This document shows, piece by piece, positions 13,657 to 22,805 of a stretch of 30,867 nucleotides of DNA; position 1 is the first letter of the stretch; every line of letters starts with the position of its first letter. The notes beneath the pieces were generated by a model, which was given only the letters and a program-made list of their open reading frames with translations, did no database searches and was not told where the DNA came from. A program made the position numbers and the translations under genes. Source of the stretch: a virus. Taxonomy: Duplodnaviria; Caudoviricetes. The stretch lies in the IMG/VR virus record IMGVR_UViG_3300037313_000148, positions 1 to 30,867 of that record; one strand, written 5' to 3'.

Positions 13657-14517
13657 TCACTGGTAGCCGCCGACGATTCGGCCGCTCTTGGGTGGCGGGA
13701 AGATGCGGGAGGCCGAGGAGTAGCCGGCACCGTCGTCGCGGGGAAACTTGCGGATCGCCGGTCCACGCCGGGCGACGCCCGGGTAGCCGTAGACGTAGTC
13801 CAGCTGCACAAGGCCTCCCGACCCGAATTCGGATCCCGTGGCCGAGGCGGTCCAGAACATGCCATCCGGCGGGAACCGCCACGGGTGCGGCTCGCTGATG
13901 AGCGTGCCACCGCCCGCGATCTTCGCCAGGAAGCCTTCGCCGACATGGAACCGAAGCTCGATCCACGGTCCGGCGGTAGCCGAGTAGGTCGAGGGGATCG
14001 TCACGTCATAGGTGCCGCCGGCGCTTGATCCGTCGTCCCAGAACCACGCCGTGGTGAACGTGAGGTTCGTCGCGGAGGTGCGAACGACCGACCAGGAGCC
14101 GCCACGATCGAAGTCCTGGTCACTCCACGCCAGTTGTACAGGTGCCACCCCGGCGCCGTGTGCCCACGTGGACGCGAAGAACAGCCCAAGGCCGTTCGAA
14201 GGCTTGCTCATCTCGATCGAGATGTTTGCCTGTCCCGTGAGGCGGCCCGCGAAGGTTCCCGAATATGGCAAGAGCGGCGACGAAGGTAGGTAGACGTAGT
14301 CGAGTCCTGGCGCTCCGACGAAGCCGGCGTTGATCCGCGGGTTGCCGATGATGCCCGGATCGCACTGGAGGTTACGAACGCCGTTGTCGCCAGCGATGCG
14401 CTTGAGGGAGAACCCGAGGTCGAAGGCATAGTCCGACGACGGGGTGTTGGGCGGCGGGTAGCCAGGGAAGGGCCCCGGCACTGGACCGTGCTCGAAGTCC
14501 TCCAGGAGGATCGTCAC
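13657..14517 (-). CDS. minor tail protein, possible receptor-binding beta-sandwich, 286 aa
   Basis: GTG at 14517 overlaps the upstream stop; G/S/aromatic-rich; last gene of the tail module. Confidence 0.65.
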   Translation of the reverse strand: MTILLEDFEHGPVPGPFPGYPPPNTPSSDYAFDLGFSLKRIAGDNGVRNLQCDPGIIGNPRINAGFVGAPGLDYVYLPSSPLLPYSGTFAGRLTGQANISIEMSKPSNGLGLFFASTWAHGAGVAPVQLAWSDQDFDRGGSWSVVRTSATNLTFTTAWFWDDGSSAGGTYDVTIPSTYSATAGPWIELRFHVGEGFLAKIAGGGTLISEPHPWRFPPDGMFWTASATGSEFGSGGLVQLDYVYGYPGVARRGPAIRKFPRDDGAGYSSASRIFPPPKSGRIVGGYQ

Positions 14518-16886
14518 GGCCCGACCTGGTCCCACATGATCCGACCGGCGGCGAGGCTCGTCGCGCGATCGGCGAAGATCGCCACGAACAGCTCGGGTCC
14601 GTCGAGGCCGTAGTAGGGGAAGCCTGCGTAGTCGCGCCACTCTCCGGTCAGCGGCGAGGAGCTGGCGAGGCTGCCGGGGTAGTAGCCGCACGGCTGGGCA
14701 GAGTCGCCAGCGACGTAGAGCAGCACGAACGTGTCGTCGAGCTGCTTGCGGATCGCGGCATTGGACCACTTCGCCTGTCCGGCCTCAGTCATGGGGCTGC
14801 CGACGAGTCGCGTCAGTTGACCTGAGGTGATCTTGCGGCCGAAGATCGCGACCGCGAACGCGGCGTTCGGGTTGGTGTTCAAGTGCAGGCGGGTGACCTG
14901 CCCCTCCTGGCCGGCGATGACCGGGAACACGGTCCATGTCTGCGACGGGACCGAGACGGTGGAGATCTTGCCGCCGACGTCGTCCCACTCGTTGACGACG
15001 TCCTTGGTCTGCGCGCTGGCCAGGTTGGCATCGAGCCAGCGCCGCGCCGGGGACTTCCGCGAGGCACGGTTGCGCTGCACGATCTGCCACACCTCGAGGG
15101 CGTCGCGGGCTCGGGTGTCGACGATGAGTTGCACGGACCCGAGGTCGCCGTCCTTGGCACCGGTGACGGTGACTCCGGAGACGTGGACGGTGATGCCGCC
15201 CGCGAACAGCGGCAGCCGCAGGTTCATACCGGGCTTGATGTCACGGGCTCGCAGCAGGGAACTGATCGGGTCACCGGGTGTGTGGTTGCCCGCGGGGATC
15301 GCGCCCTGGGTGATGGTGATGGTGCCCACCCAGTTCGGCTGCGAGGCCGCGTCGAGTGCGGCCTGCGACCAGCCACGAACGGTGGTCTCGGTGAAGCCCT
15401 TGCCCATGTCAATGTTGCGGTCGACTGGCGGCACGGACGGGTCGTAGGAGGCGTTGCGTCCCGCCAGCGCGCCGGAGCCGGTGAGGTTGTAGGGACGGAC
15501 CGCGTCGAGTTGCGCCATCGGCTCGATGTGGGCGTTGGTCATCGACCAGGACGTGCGCGTGTTGTCCCAGAGGATGTCCCACAGGCCGCTGGTCATGGTC
15601 GACCCGGCCGAGGCGCCGACGTGACGGCGGAACTGCTGGACCGCCGCCGTGGTCGCCGGACTCCAGATGTTGTTGTCGTGCACGTCGGCTGCGTTGAGGA
15701 AGCCGGTGACGATGAGGCGCGAGTTCAGGGCCACGACAGTGTTGCCGGTGGCGCCCTCGGAGAGCGTGCCTCCGGGCCACGCTGGCGCTTGGCCCTGGAT
15801 GAGACCTGGGTAGACAGCACCGCGGATGCGTCGCGCGTCGGGGCCGACGGCGGTGGCGTAGATCCGGTTCGGCTCCTCGGCGAGGTCTGAGCGCAGGGCG
15901 CCGACGCAGCGGGTGTCGTCGAGGTAGACGGTGCCGTGGATGGTGGTCGTGTCCTTGGGTGCCATGCCGTAGGAGTCGGTTCCGGCTGCGGCCCCGATGC
16001 CGGGCATGATCGTGTACTGGGTGCCGCCGATGAGGCGCGCCTGGGTGCACAGTTCGCTGATGTAGTCCAGCGCCGAGACGCCACCCGACGTGCCCAGGGT
16101 GATGCCGGTGGTGGGCCCTAGCGCGGGCAGGAATGGCAGGTTCCAGTTTCTGAGCCAGTACGCGGCGAACCAGCCGATGTCCTTGGTGTAGTCGCGGATT
16201 TCAAGCTGCTTCTGGATCATCGCGAGACGACCCGCAGCCTCACCGCCACAGCCGATGACCAGCGAGTCTCCGGAGATGTCGAGGTCGATCACGAGGCCGC
16301 GGTAGTCGGTGGTGACCACGAGTCCGGTGTCGATGTCGACACGCTGGATCAGGACCGAGGCGCCCTTGCGGCACCACGACAGCGCTCCGACGCCGAGGTG
16401 CTCGAACGCGGGCCGCACCTGGGGCAGGTCGATGGTGGCCGTGGAGTACAACAGCGGCTCGACGAGCTGGTAGTCCGGCTCGGGGGTGACAACGCCGCGG
16501 AAGTAGGAGACATCCACGCCGCCGATGACGATCCGCGAGCGGTGCCGCTTCTCGGTCGCCGTGGTCACTGCGTAGGACGGCTGGGTGGCGTTCGGACCAA
16601 CGAAGGTCGGGGTGCTGAACGCCTGAGCGACGTCAAAGGCCTGGGGGACGGCCGTGACGCTCGGGGGCGGCACGACGGGCGGCGTCCAGGACGCCACGGC
16701 GTAGCCGCCGCGCGAGCGTCCCGCCGTGCCGTTGTCGGTGACTCCGATGACGCCCGAGATGGGTCCCGTGAGCACGGCGCTCGCGAACGCGCTTGCGGAC
16801 GCAGAGCCGTGGATAGTGGCCGGGGCCGGGTACTCGCCAGCCTCGGCGAAGGCACTGGCTAGGCCCGAGCCGTGGATAGTGGTCAC
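14514..16886 (-). CDS. large minor tail (hub/Tal-like) protein with internal peptidoglycan-binding-like domain
   Basis: 790 aa; TLSEGATGNTVVALNSRL..TGFL...WSPATTAAVQQFRRHVG resembles PG_binding_1. Confidence 0.8.
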   Translation of the reverse strand: MTTIHGSGLASAFAEAGEYPAPATIHGSASASAFASAVLTGPISGVIGVTDNGTAGRSRGGYAVASWTPPVVPPPSVTAVPQAFDVAQAFSTPTFVGPNATQPSYAVTTATEKRHRSRIVIGGVDVSYFRGVVTPEPDYQLVEPLLYSTATIDLPQVRPAFEHLGVGALSWCRKGASVLIQRVDIDTGLVVTTDYRGLVIDLDISGDSLVIGCGGEAAGRLAMIQKQLEIRDYTKDIGWFAAYWLRNWNLPFLPALGPTTGITLGTSGGVSALDYISELCTQARLIGGTQYTIMPGIGAAAGTDSYGMAPKDTTTIHGTVYLDDTRCVGALRSDLAEEPNRIYATAVGPDARRIRGAVYPGLIQGQAPAWPGGTLSEGATGNTVVALNSRLIVTGFLNAADVHDNNIWSPATTAAVQQFRRHVGASAGSTMTSGLWDILWDNTRTSWSMTNAHIEPMAQLDAVRPYNLTGSGALAGRNASYDPSVPPVDRNIDMGKGFTETTVRGWSQAALDAASQPNWVGTITITQGAIPAGNHTPGDPISSLLRARDIKPGMNLRLPLFAGGITVHVSGVTVTGAKDGDLGSVQLIVDTRARDALEVWQIVQRNRASRKSPARRWLDANLASAQTKDVVNEWDDVGGKISTVSVPSQTWTVFPVIAGQEGQVTRLHLNTNPNAAFAVAIFGRKITSGQLTRLVGSPMTEAGQAKWSNAAIRKQLDDTFVLLYVAGDSAQPCGYYPGSLASSSPLTGEWRDYAGFPYYGLDGPELFVAIFADRATSLAAGRIMWDQVGP

Positions 16887-16898
16887 GGGGCAGCAGTC

Positions 16899-17483
16899 CT
16901 AGAAGAGTGTGACAGCGAGAGCGCCGTCGTCGATCACGAACGTGTCGCCGCTCGTGAAGTCATAGACGGTGCCGACGACGACGCCGTAGCCAGGGCCGGT
17001 GCCGAGAGTAAGCGCGGCACCCCCAGAGGTGGCCGAGACCGAGAAGGCGTCAGTGGTCGGCGACACCACGTAGTAAGTCACGTTCGGCGACAGGTCCGAA
17101 GGGCAGTATGCGGCCTGGAACACGATCTTCTGGTTCGCAGCGAAGCCGTGCGCGGCGGCTGAGATCGTGTCGCCGACGACCAGCCCGACCTTGGGGGCGA
17201 ACAGGCCGTACCACTTGCGCTCGGAGCCGTCCGACTTCCACAACTCCCAGCCCTGAAGACTGCATGTCGGCATCCCCGAGAAGGTGATCGCGCCCGAGCT
17301 CGGCTTGTACTCGCTGGAGGATGCCAGCCATGCCGAGGCTTGGCGTGCGTAGGAGCCTCCAGTGACTTCGGTGCCTGCTGTCGTCGGGTCGCCGGATGTC
17401 GTCATCAGGGCGACGAGGTCGCCGTCGACGACGCTCAGGTCCAGCAGCCTGTTGCCCTCGGTGATCGTGGTGTTGTACGGCAT
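16899..17483 (-). CDS. minor tail protein (EVTGGSYARQ family) with inserted domain, 194 aa
   Basis: ATG at 17483 with GAGGAG SD; VALMT..DP...GTEVTGGSYARQ...ITF; insert AAHGFAANQKIVF...TYYVVSPTTDAFSVSAT. Confidence 0.75.
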   Translation of the reverse strand: MPYNTTITEGNRLLDLSVVDGDLVALMTTSGDPTTAGTEVTGGSYARQASAWLASSSEYKPSSGAITFSGMPTCSLQGWELWKSDGSERKWYGLFAPKVGLVVGDTISAAAHGFAANQKIVFQAAYCPSDLSPNVTYYVVSPTTDAFSVSATSGGAALTLGTGPGYGVVVGTVYDFTSGDTFVIDDGALAVTLF

Positions 17484-17493
17484 CGCTCGCTCC

Positions 17494-17913
17494 TCAGACG
17501 CTGGGGTTGTAGAAGATGACCGGCGCAACCGTCGGAGCCGGCCCCGCGCTCGTGATGACCAGGGGCGCGAGCAGCGGCCCGCAGTCCCACCACTTCCCAT
17601 CAGATCCCAGAAGCCCGTAGTACGTAGCCGACGTCGCCCACGCTGCTGTGGGTGCGGGTAGAGCCACAGAGCCCGCCGCGAGGGCCTTCTGGCCACCGGA
17701 TGCAGCGGCCCAGGTGGCATCGTTGGTGATCGTGGCTCGCCCGTAGCCGGGGCAGTCCGTAGAGTCCAGCTCGACCGTCGTCGGGTCCGACACGAGCATC
17801 GGGTTGGAGAAGAACAGGACCAGGTCGTGCGAGGCTGGTGCGTTCGAGCCGTGCGAGGCGCCGTAGTCGTCGTCGAGAGACTTGTCCTGGGCATCGACAT
17901 CATGGATCGGCAC
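17494..17913 (-). CDS. minor tail protein, likely paralogue of 16899..17483
   Basis: LVLFFSNP...EL...GYGRATI...W...LPAPTAAWATSATYYGL...WWDCGPL. Confidence 0.75.
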   Translation of the reverse strand: MPIHDVDAQDKSLDDDYGASHGSNAPASHDLVLFFSNPMLVSDPTTVELDSTDCPGYGRATITNDATWAAASGGQKALAAGSVALPAPTAAWATSATYYGLLGSDGKWWDCGPLLAPLVITSAGPAPTVAPVIFYNPSV

Positions 17914-17923
17914 GGTCAGCTCC

Positions 17924-18385
17924 TCACGGGTTCACGGGGATCTGGAGGACGGCTCGGGCACGGTTGTCGGCACGGTCCCAAGACGACGGCGCGGCCCACT
18001 GCAGCAGCGCGGGCTCGGCGTTGTAGGCACCGAGCGTGAGGCCGTCAACTACGACCGTCACGGTGTAGGAGAACTGCCACAGCGCGGTTTCGAGGGCCGA
18101 CTTGCGCGCCGCCAACGTCGAGACGTCGGGCGCCTCAACGTGGACCGCGATCGTCAGGGCGCCCTGATCCAGCACCGATCCGAGTAGCCGCCTTCCTGGC
18201 ACCCACTGCGAGTCGGGAGCGTAGATGCGGCGCGGCTGGAACGATGGCACAGCGAGGCCCGCAGTGCCGTTCTCGGCCTCAGGCAGCCAGTACCCGGCGC
18301 CCGCGAGCGCCGCGGCCTTGCTGCCGTTGATGACCAGCGCCAAGAGCGACAGGCCCGTGCGGTCAATCGAGATCGTGGTCGACAT
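17924..18385 (-). CDS. distal tail (Dit-like) protein
   Basis: First gene after the tape measure; 153 aa; assignment by position. Confidence 0.65.
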   Translation of the reverse strand: MSTTISIDRTGLSLLALVINGSKAAALAGAGYWLPEAENGTAGLAVPSFQPRRIYAPDSQWVPGRRLLGSVLDQGALTIAVHVEAPDVSTLAARKSALETALWQFSYTVTVVVDGLTLGAYNAEPALLQWAAPSSWDRADNRARAVLQIPVNP

Positions 18386-18387
18386 CG

Positions 18388-20526
18388 TCAGCCGACCCCG
18401 CCGAGTGCAGCCATGTGCTGCTTGCTGCGCACATGTCGCTCAACGTCCTGCCAGTTATGGGGGCGGTTGATCGTGATCGGACCCGAGAAGAGCACGTCGG
18501 CGCGCGGCGCTGCGGACGGGATCGACTTATGCGTTCCCGCGAGTGCCGGCGGGTGGAGCAGCGGGTTCGTTTGTGTCGACACGGTGGGACTAAGCGACTG
18601 ATGGTTCTGGGCCAGCTTGACGATCTGCGCCAGGTTGGGCGCGGTGACGCGGATTGCGATGTCCTTGTGGATGCCGTCCAGCGCGTTGTTGACCGTGTCG
18701 CGGAACTCGTTGAACTTCTTGGCCGCTTCCCTGAGCTTCGGGCCAAGCCACGGAACCCACCCGAACGCGATCGCGGCACCGTTGACGATCCCGTCGGCGA
18801 CACTGAGCCAGGCGGAAATCAGGAACTTGAAGACCGGCTTCAGGACGTCGTTCCACATCCACTTCGCGCCATCCGCGATCACGTGCCAGGTGTCATCCAC
18901 GATCTTGCGGAACGTCTTGGAGTGCTCGTAGGCGTAGATGAGTCCGGCGGCCAGTGCGGCGATCGCCAGGACCACTAGGGAGATGATGTTGGCGTCCATC
19001 GCGGCGTCGAGAATCCCCATCGCCACACCCATCGCCTTGATGCCGCCCGCAACCGCAGTGACGATCTGCATGCCCTTCAGTGCGAGGACGATGATGGGCA
19101 GCGACTCGCCGAGGATCTTGAACACGCCCGAAGGCAGCTTTGCGGCGCCGGCGAGGACATCGCCGAAGATCTTCCACTCAGCCATGCCCGCGCTCGCCAA
19201 GCCACTCAGGAACGGGCCGAGGACCTTCCACAGGGACCCGAGCGTGGAGGCGACCTGCGCGCCGTCCTTCTTCACGGTGTCGAGGAACTTCATGAAGCCG
19301 GGCGTCGTGGTCCAGTGGTCGAACCGCTTCGCCAGGTTGTCCATCCATGACAGCAGCGAGTGGCCGTCGGGCGAGAACTTCTTGATCGCCCGCGCGATGC
19401 CCTCGAACAGGTGTCCGGCAGCGCTCGCGAACAGCGGGAAGTCCTTGGACGCGGAGTGGCCGAGCCAGGTGATCCAGTGGCGCCAGAACGGGTCGTTGAG
19501 CGCCTTCCCGGCCTTGGCTGCCATGCTGCCGACCGCGTTGCCGATGCTGGTGATCGCGGCGTTCACGAGTGGGGCGGTCTTGATTGCCTCAGTGAGTCCG
19601 CGCTGCACACCCGGAAGAACCGAGTTCTGCGCGGCCTGCTTGAAGCCGGTGGTGGTCGGCTGGAGCTTGTTGATGTCGAACTGCACGAATGAGCGCGCCT
19701 GAGGCGACAGCGACCCGTAGGCCGACTGATTCAGCGTCATCTGGGCGTTGCGCTGGGCCTGAGCGAGAGATGCCGCGGCCGAGGCCTGCGCGTTCGCGTA
19801 GGACTTGTTCGCACTGACGCGGCCCGGCGTGCTCCATGCCGTAGAGGCGCTGCCGAGCGCGATGGAGTGCGACGAGGAGGCTTTGCTGAGCGAGGTGGCG
19901 TAAGACTGCTGCGCCTTGGTCATCGAGTCCTGGTAGGCCTTGTATGCCGCAGCACCGGGGCCGATGTCCTTGAGGGCTGCCCGCAGGACGCTGATGCCGG
20001 CCGCGGCCGAGAGCGCGCCCGAGGAGAAAGCGCCAAACAGGGCAGTCGCCGCGCCACCAGCGGTGATGAGCATCGGGCTCAGGGCGAGGATCGAGGACGC
20101 CAGGAGGCCGGGGCCCTTGATCTTGCCGAGGAAGTCCAGCTTGCCCTTGAGCCAGTCGACACGCAGACCGAGGAGCGTCAGTTTGGCCTCCGCCTCGGCC
20201 GTGTCGACGTTGACGTCAATAGTCCTCGAGACCTCACGGATCTTGGCCTGAAGGATGTCGAGCTCGGTGAGCGCCTTGACCATCTCGACGCGGACATCGA
20301 TACCTTCGGCGGCCTGAGCCTTCAGGTCGGCCACGCGCGCCTTGAGGGCGTCGAGCTTGGCGGTTGCCTCGTCGGCGTTGATCTTCAACTTCGGGTCGAG
20401 TTGCGACAGCGCCTTGAGCTGAAGCTGCAGCGCCGACATCTTCTTGTCGGCGTTGTCGGCCTTGCGAGCGAAGTTGGTGTCGTCGAGCTGGAGATAGCCC
20501 ACGAGGGTCCCGATGTTCAGCGACAC
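18388..20526 (-). CDS. tape measure protein
   Basis: 712 aa, Ala-rich helical; N-terminal LNIGTLVGYLQLD; ANIISLVVLAIAALAAGLIYAYEHSKTFR; W-periodic segments; follows the chaperones. Confidence 0.92.
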   Translation of the reverse strand: MSLNIGTLVGYLQLDDTNFARKADNADKKMSALQLQLKALSQLDPKLKINADEATAKLDALKARVADLKAQAAEGIDVRVEMVKALTELDILQAKIREVSRTIDVNVDTAEAEAKLTLLGLRVDWLKGKLDFLGKIKGPGLLASSILALSPMLITAGGAATALFGAFSSGALSAAAGISVLRAALKDIGPGAAAYKAYQDSMTKAQQSYATSLSKASSSHSIALGSASTAWSTPGRVSANKSYANAQASAAASLAQAQRNAQMTLNQSAYGSLSPQARSFVQFDINKLQPTTTGFKQAAQNSVLPGVQRGLTEAIKTAPLVNAAITSIGNAVGSMAAKAGKALNDPFWRHWITWLGHSASKDFPLFASAAGHLFEGIARAIKKFSPDGHSLLSWMDNLAKRFDHWTTTPGFMKFLDTVKKDGAQVASTLGSLWKVLGPFLSGLASAGMAEWKIFGDVLAGAAKLPSGVFKILGESLPIIVLALKGMQIVTAVAGGIKAMGVAMGILDAAMDANIISLVVLAIAALAAGLIYAYEHSKTFRKIVDDTWHVIADGAKWMWNDVLKPVFKFLISAWLSVADGIVNGAAIAFGWVPWLGPKLREAAKKFNEFRDTVNNALDGIHKDIAIRVTAPNLAQIVKLAQNHQSLSPTVSTQTNPLLHPPALAGTHKSIPSAAPRADVLFSGPITINRPHNWQDVERHVRSKQHMAALGGVG

Positions 20527-20542
20527 GCGACCTACCTCCCTG

Positions 20543-20887
20543 TCAGGAGCCGATGCTTGGCGGGTTGAGTGCGAGCCCGAAGCGCGTTGAGGGGATCTCG
20601 ATGACCTCGGAGCCCATGCCTAGATCGACGATGGTTGGCGGCCGAGACAGCAGGGCGGTGATGCGGATGCGGAGCCAGCGCCACGAGCGGCGCAACATCA
20701 GGTCTTCGTCGGCGACGTCGATGCCGTAGAACTCGTGCAGGTCGGCCTCAACCAGGGGCCAGTGCTCGGCGATGAGTTCTGCGGTGGTCGGTTCTCTCTT
20801 GGGCGGCTCGTCGATCCACTCAGGGAGCCCGGTCGGGCCTATTTCGACTTGGGCTTGCGGTCCGTCGGCTGCTTGGGCGCTTTTCCC
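20543..20887 (-). CDS. tail assembly chaperone, -1 frameshift extension (gpGT-like)
   Basis: -1 frame after the slippery site reads SAQAADG...HWPLVEADLHEFYGID...RSWRWLRIRITALLS. Confidence 0.8.
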   Translation of the reverse strand, partial: GKSAQAADGPQAQVEIGPTGLPEWIDEPPKREPTTAELIAEHWPLVEADLHEFYGIDVADEDLMLRRSWRWLRIRITALLSRPPTIVDLGMGSEVIEIPSTRFGLALNPPSIGS

Positions 20888-21264
20888 GCGGCATCGACCG
20901 CCTCGGGGTTGCTCCAGACCTGCTCGGCCAGCTTCTTGTCGCCGGCCGCGTACATGAACGCGGTGGTCGCGGCGTGCTTGATCTTGGGCCACGACACGTG
21001 ATCGGCGACCATCTCGTCGTAGGCCGGACCAAGGACGGCGAGGAACACGTCCTTCTCGCTCTCGTCGTTGAGCTCGAGTGCGGCCAATTCTTCCGCCGAG
21101 AGCGTTGCCCCGGCATTGGCCGCGACGATCAGTGCGAACAGTTTCTGGTAGCGCACGCCCGCCTGCGCCGAGACGGTGATGACGTACTCCTTGCCGCCGA
21201 TGGGCAGGCGAAGAGCATCGTCGAAGAAGTCGTCGAGATCATTGAAGGCCACGGCTGTATCCAT
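20839..21264 (-). CDS. tail assembly chaperone (gpG-like)
   Basis: DDALRLPIGGKEYVI...VLGPAYDEMVADHVSWP; between major tail and TMP; true start may be GTG at 21252. Confidence 0.88.
   Translation of the reverse strand: MDTAVAFNDLDDFFDDALRLPIGGKEYVITVSAQAGVRYQKLFALIVAANAGATLSAEELAALELNDESEKDVFLAVLGPAYDEMVADHVSWPKIKHAATTAFMYAAGDKKLAEQVWSNPEAVDAAGKAPKQPTDRKPKSK
20881..20887 (-). other. programmed -1 ribosomal frameshift site G-GGA-AAA
   Basis: GGGAAAA in X XXY YYZ register near the chaperone 3' end, joining the ORF that ends at 20543. Confidence 0.85.
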
Positions 21265-21330
21265 TCGTCGTCACGGCTGAACGGCTGGTGAAGTGGCGGC
21301 CCGGCCCAGCCGTGGAAACCGGGCCGCCAC
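21249..21330 (-). promoter_or_regulatory. 12-bp hairpin whose loop is complementary to three downstream CAGCCGT repeats
   Basis: Stem 21293-21304 / 21319-21330; mRNA loop contains CCACGGCUG; targets at 21281-21288, 21272-21279, 21249-21257. Confidence 0.7.
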
Positions 21331-21345
21331 GTATGGGGCGCTGAC

Positions 21346-22098
21346 CTAGGAGTAGGTCAGGTTGACGCCGGCAGAGGTGCCCGCGCCGGTGACGACGGTG
21401 ACCGCCTTCGCGCCCGCGGACTCGGCCGGGGCGTTGAACACGATGAGCGTGTCCGAGACGACAGCGAAGTCGCCCGCGCCGACCGGGGTGCCGGCCACGT
21501 CGACCGCGGTCGCGCCGGTGAAGTGGCGACCGTTGATCTCGATGACCGTGCCGCCAGCCGTGCCAGCCGTAGCGGGCGAGAGGCTGTCGATGACCGGGGC
21601 CGAGGGGGCGTTCGGGTAGGGGTGCGTGATCACGTTCCGCTGGCCGCGGCCAGACAGCGTGACCTGGACGGTCTCCAGAGCGTCCATCGCGCCACCCTGC
21701 GGCACCCAGGAACAGGCCGCAGTGCCCTGGTAGGCCTCGACGCGCGCCGTGCCCATCTCGCAGAACCGGACGCCGATGTTGTTGCTGTTGCCGAGATTCA
21801 GCGACGCGAGACGGATCGCCTCCTGGCCGGGGTCGTACGACGTAGCGTCAGAGGCCAGCGTCTTGCGCTCGACCGTGGCGACGATCGACCAGTCGAGCTT
21901 GGTCACAGCCTGGGAGCCGTAGCCCTGGCTGTCATAGTCCGAGTCGTCCTGCATCGTCGGAGTGAGTGCGGGCTGGAAGTTCGAGATGCCGTAGACCTTC
22001 GTCCAGATGGGCGAAGAGGTGGTTCCGGTGTTGACCTCGAGCCGCCACTTTCGGGTGAGGGTCGCTGTCCCCAGCGGGACATCCACAGGGTCAGTCAT
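21346..22098 (-). CDS. major tail protein with C-terminal IPT/TIG Ig-like domain, 250 aa
   Basis: ATG at 22098 with GGAGG SD; RKWRLEVNTG...DSDYDSQGY...YDPGQEAIR; APVIDSLSPATAGTAGGTVIEINGRHFTGATAV. Confidence 0.9.
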   Translation of the reverse strand: MTDPVDVPLGTATLTRKWRLEVNTGTTSSPIWTKVYGISNFQPALTPTMQDDSDYDSQGYGSQAVTKLDWSIVATVERKTLASDATSYDPGQEAIRLASLNLGNSNNIGVRFCEMGTARVEAYQGTAACSWVPQGGAMDALETVQVTLSGRGQRNVITHPYPNAPSAPVIDSLSPATAGTAGGTVIEINGRHFTGATAVDVAGTPVGAGDFAVVSDTLIVFNAPAESAGAKAVTVVTGAGTSAGVNLTYS

Positions 22099-22355
22099 GA
22101 CTGTTCCTCCGGGGTTGGGTTGGAGCACGCCGCGAGTCGGGCGAGCTTCTCGGCGACCGTCCCCGAGGTGGAGAGGCCGGCGTTCTTGAGGGCGGCGATG
22201 AGTGCCGTGCCGCGCAGGGGCTCGACCGCGGGCGCGGGAGCCGGATCGACTATCGGGGCCACGCGCACCCAGCCGAGCGCTTCGTATCGCGGGACGAGTT
22301 CGTCCGGGATTGCGAGGTAATCGAACGTGTCGGGCCGCTTTACCGGGACAGGCAT
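22095..22355 (-). CDS. small protein with C-terminal SAP-like motif
   Basis: GGAGG SD; YEALGW N-terminal motif; LRGTALIAALKNAGLSTSGTVAEKLARL. Confidence 0.7.
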   Translation of the reverse strand: MPVPVKRPDTFDYLAIPDELVPRYEALGWVRVAPIVDPAPAPAVEPLRGTALIAALKNAGLSTSGTVAEKLARLAACSNPTPEEQS

Positions 22356-22364
22356 GACGCCTCC

Positions 22365-22805
22365 TCAGGTGCGGTTGGCCGACGGGCGCCAGACGGTGAC
22401 GTAGTAGTTGTCCGTCCACTCCCAGCGCTGCAGCTCGTCGCGGCCGAGGGGGGCGCCGGACTGGTGCAGGCACTGGACGACGTGGACCCCCGTTGGCAGC
22501 GCGACGCCAGCTAGTCCGTGGAGGGCGTCGAAGATCAGGGAGCGCAGGTCGCTGACGGCAGTGCTGTCGGGTCCAGGTGCGCGGCTCAGGATCTGCAGGC
22601 CGATGACCGAGTCAGACAGTGTCGGACTGTCGGACACCGGATAGGTGGCGACCGCTACGGCCGTGTTTGGGTCTTGGGGGAGTACTGAGAGCGTGATGCC
22701 GATATCGGTCGCTGCGTAAGGGGTCGTCTCGGAGTACACAAGGCCCGCGACGTTGGTCCCGAGGTAACGCGCCCAACCCTTGGCGAAGTCAGAGTCGAAG
22801 CCCAT
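22365..22805 (-). CDS. tail terminator (Minor_capsid_3-like)
   Basis: LPQDPNTAVAVATY...LQILSR...IFDALHGL...LGRDELQRWEWTDNY. Confidence 0.82.
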   Translation of the reverse strand: MGFDSDFAKGWARYLGTNVAGLVYSETTPYAATDIGITLSVLPQDPNTAVAVATYPVSDSPTLSDSVIGLQILSRAPGPDSTAVSDLRSLIFDALHGLAGVALPTGVHVVQCLHQSGAPLGRDELQRWEWTDNYYVTVWRPSANRT

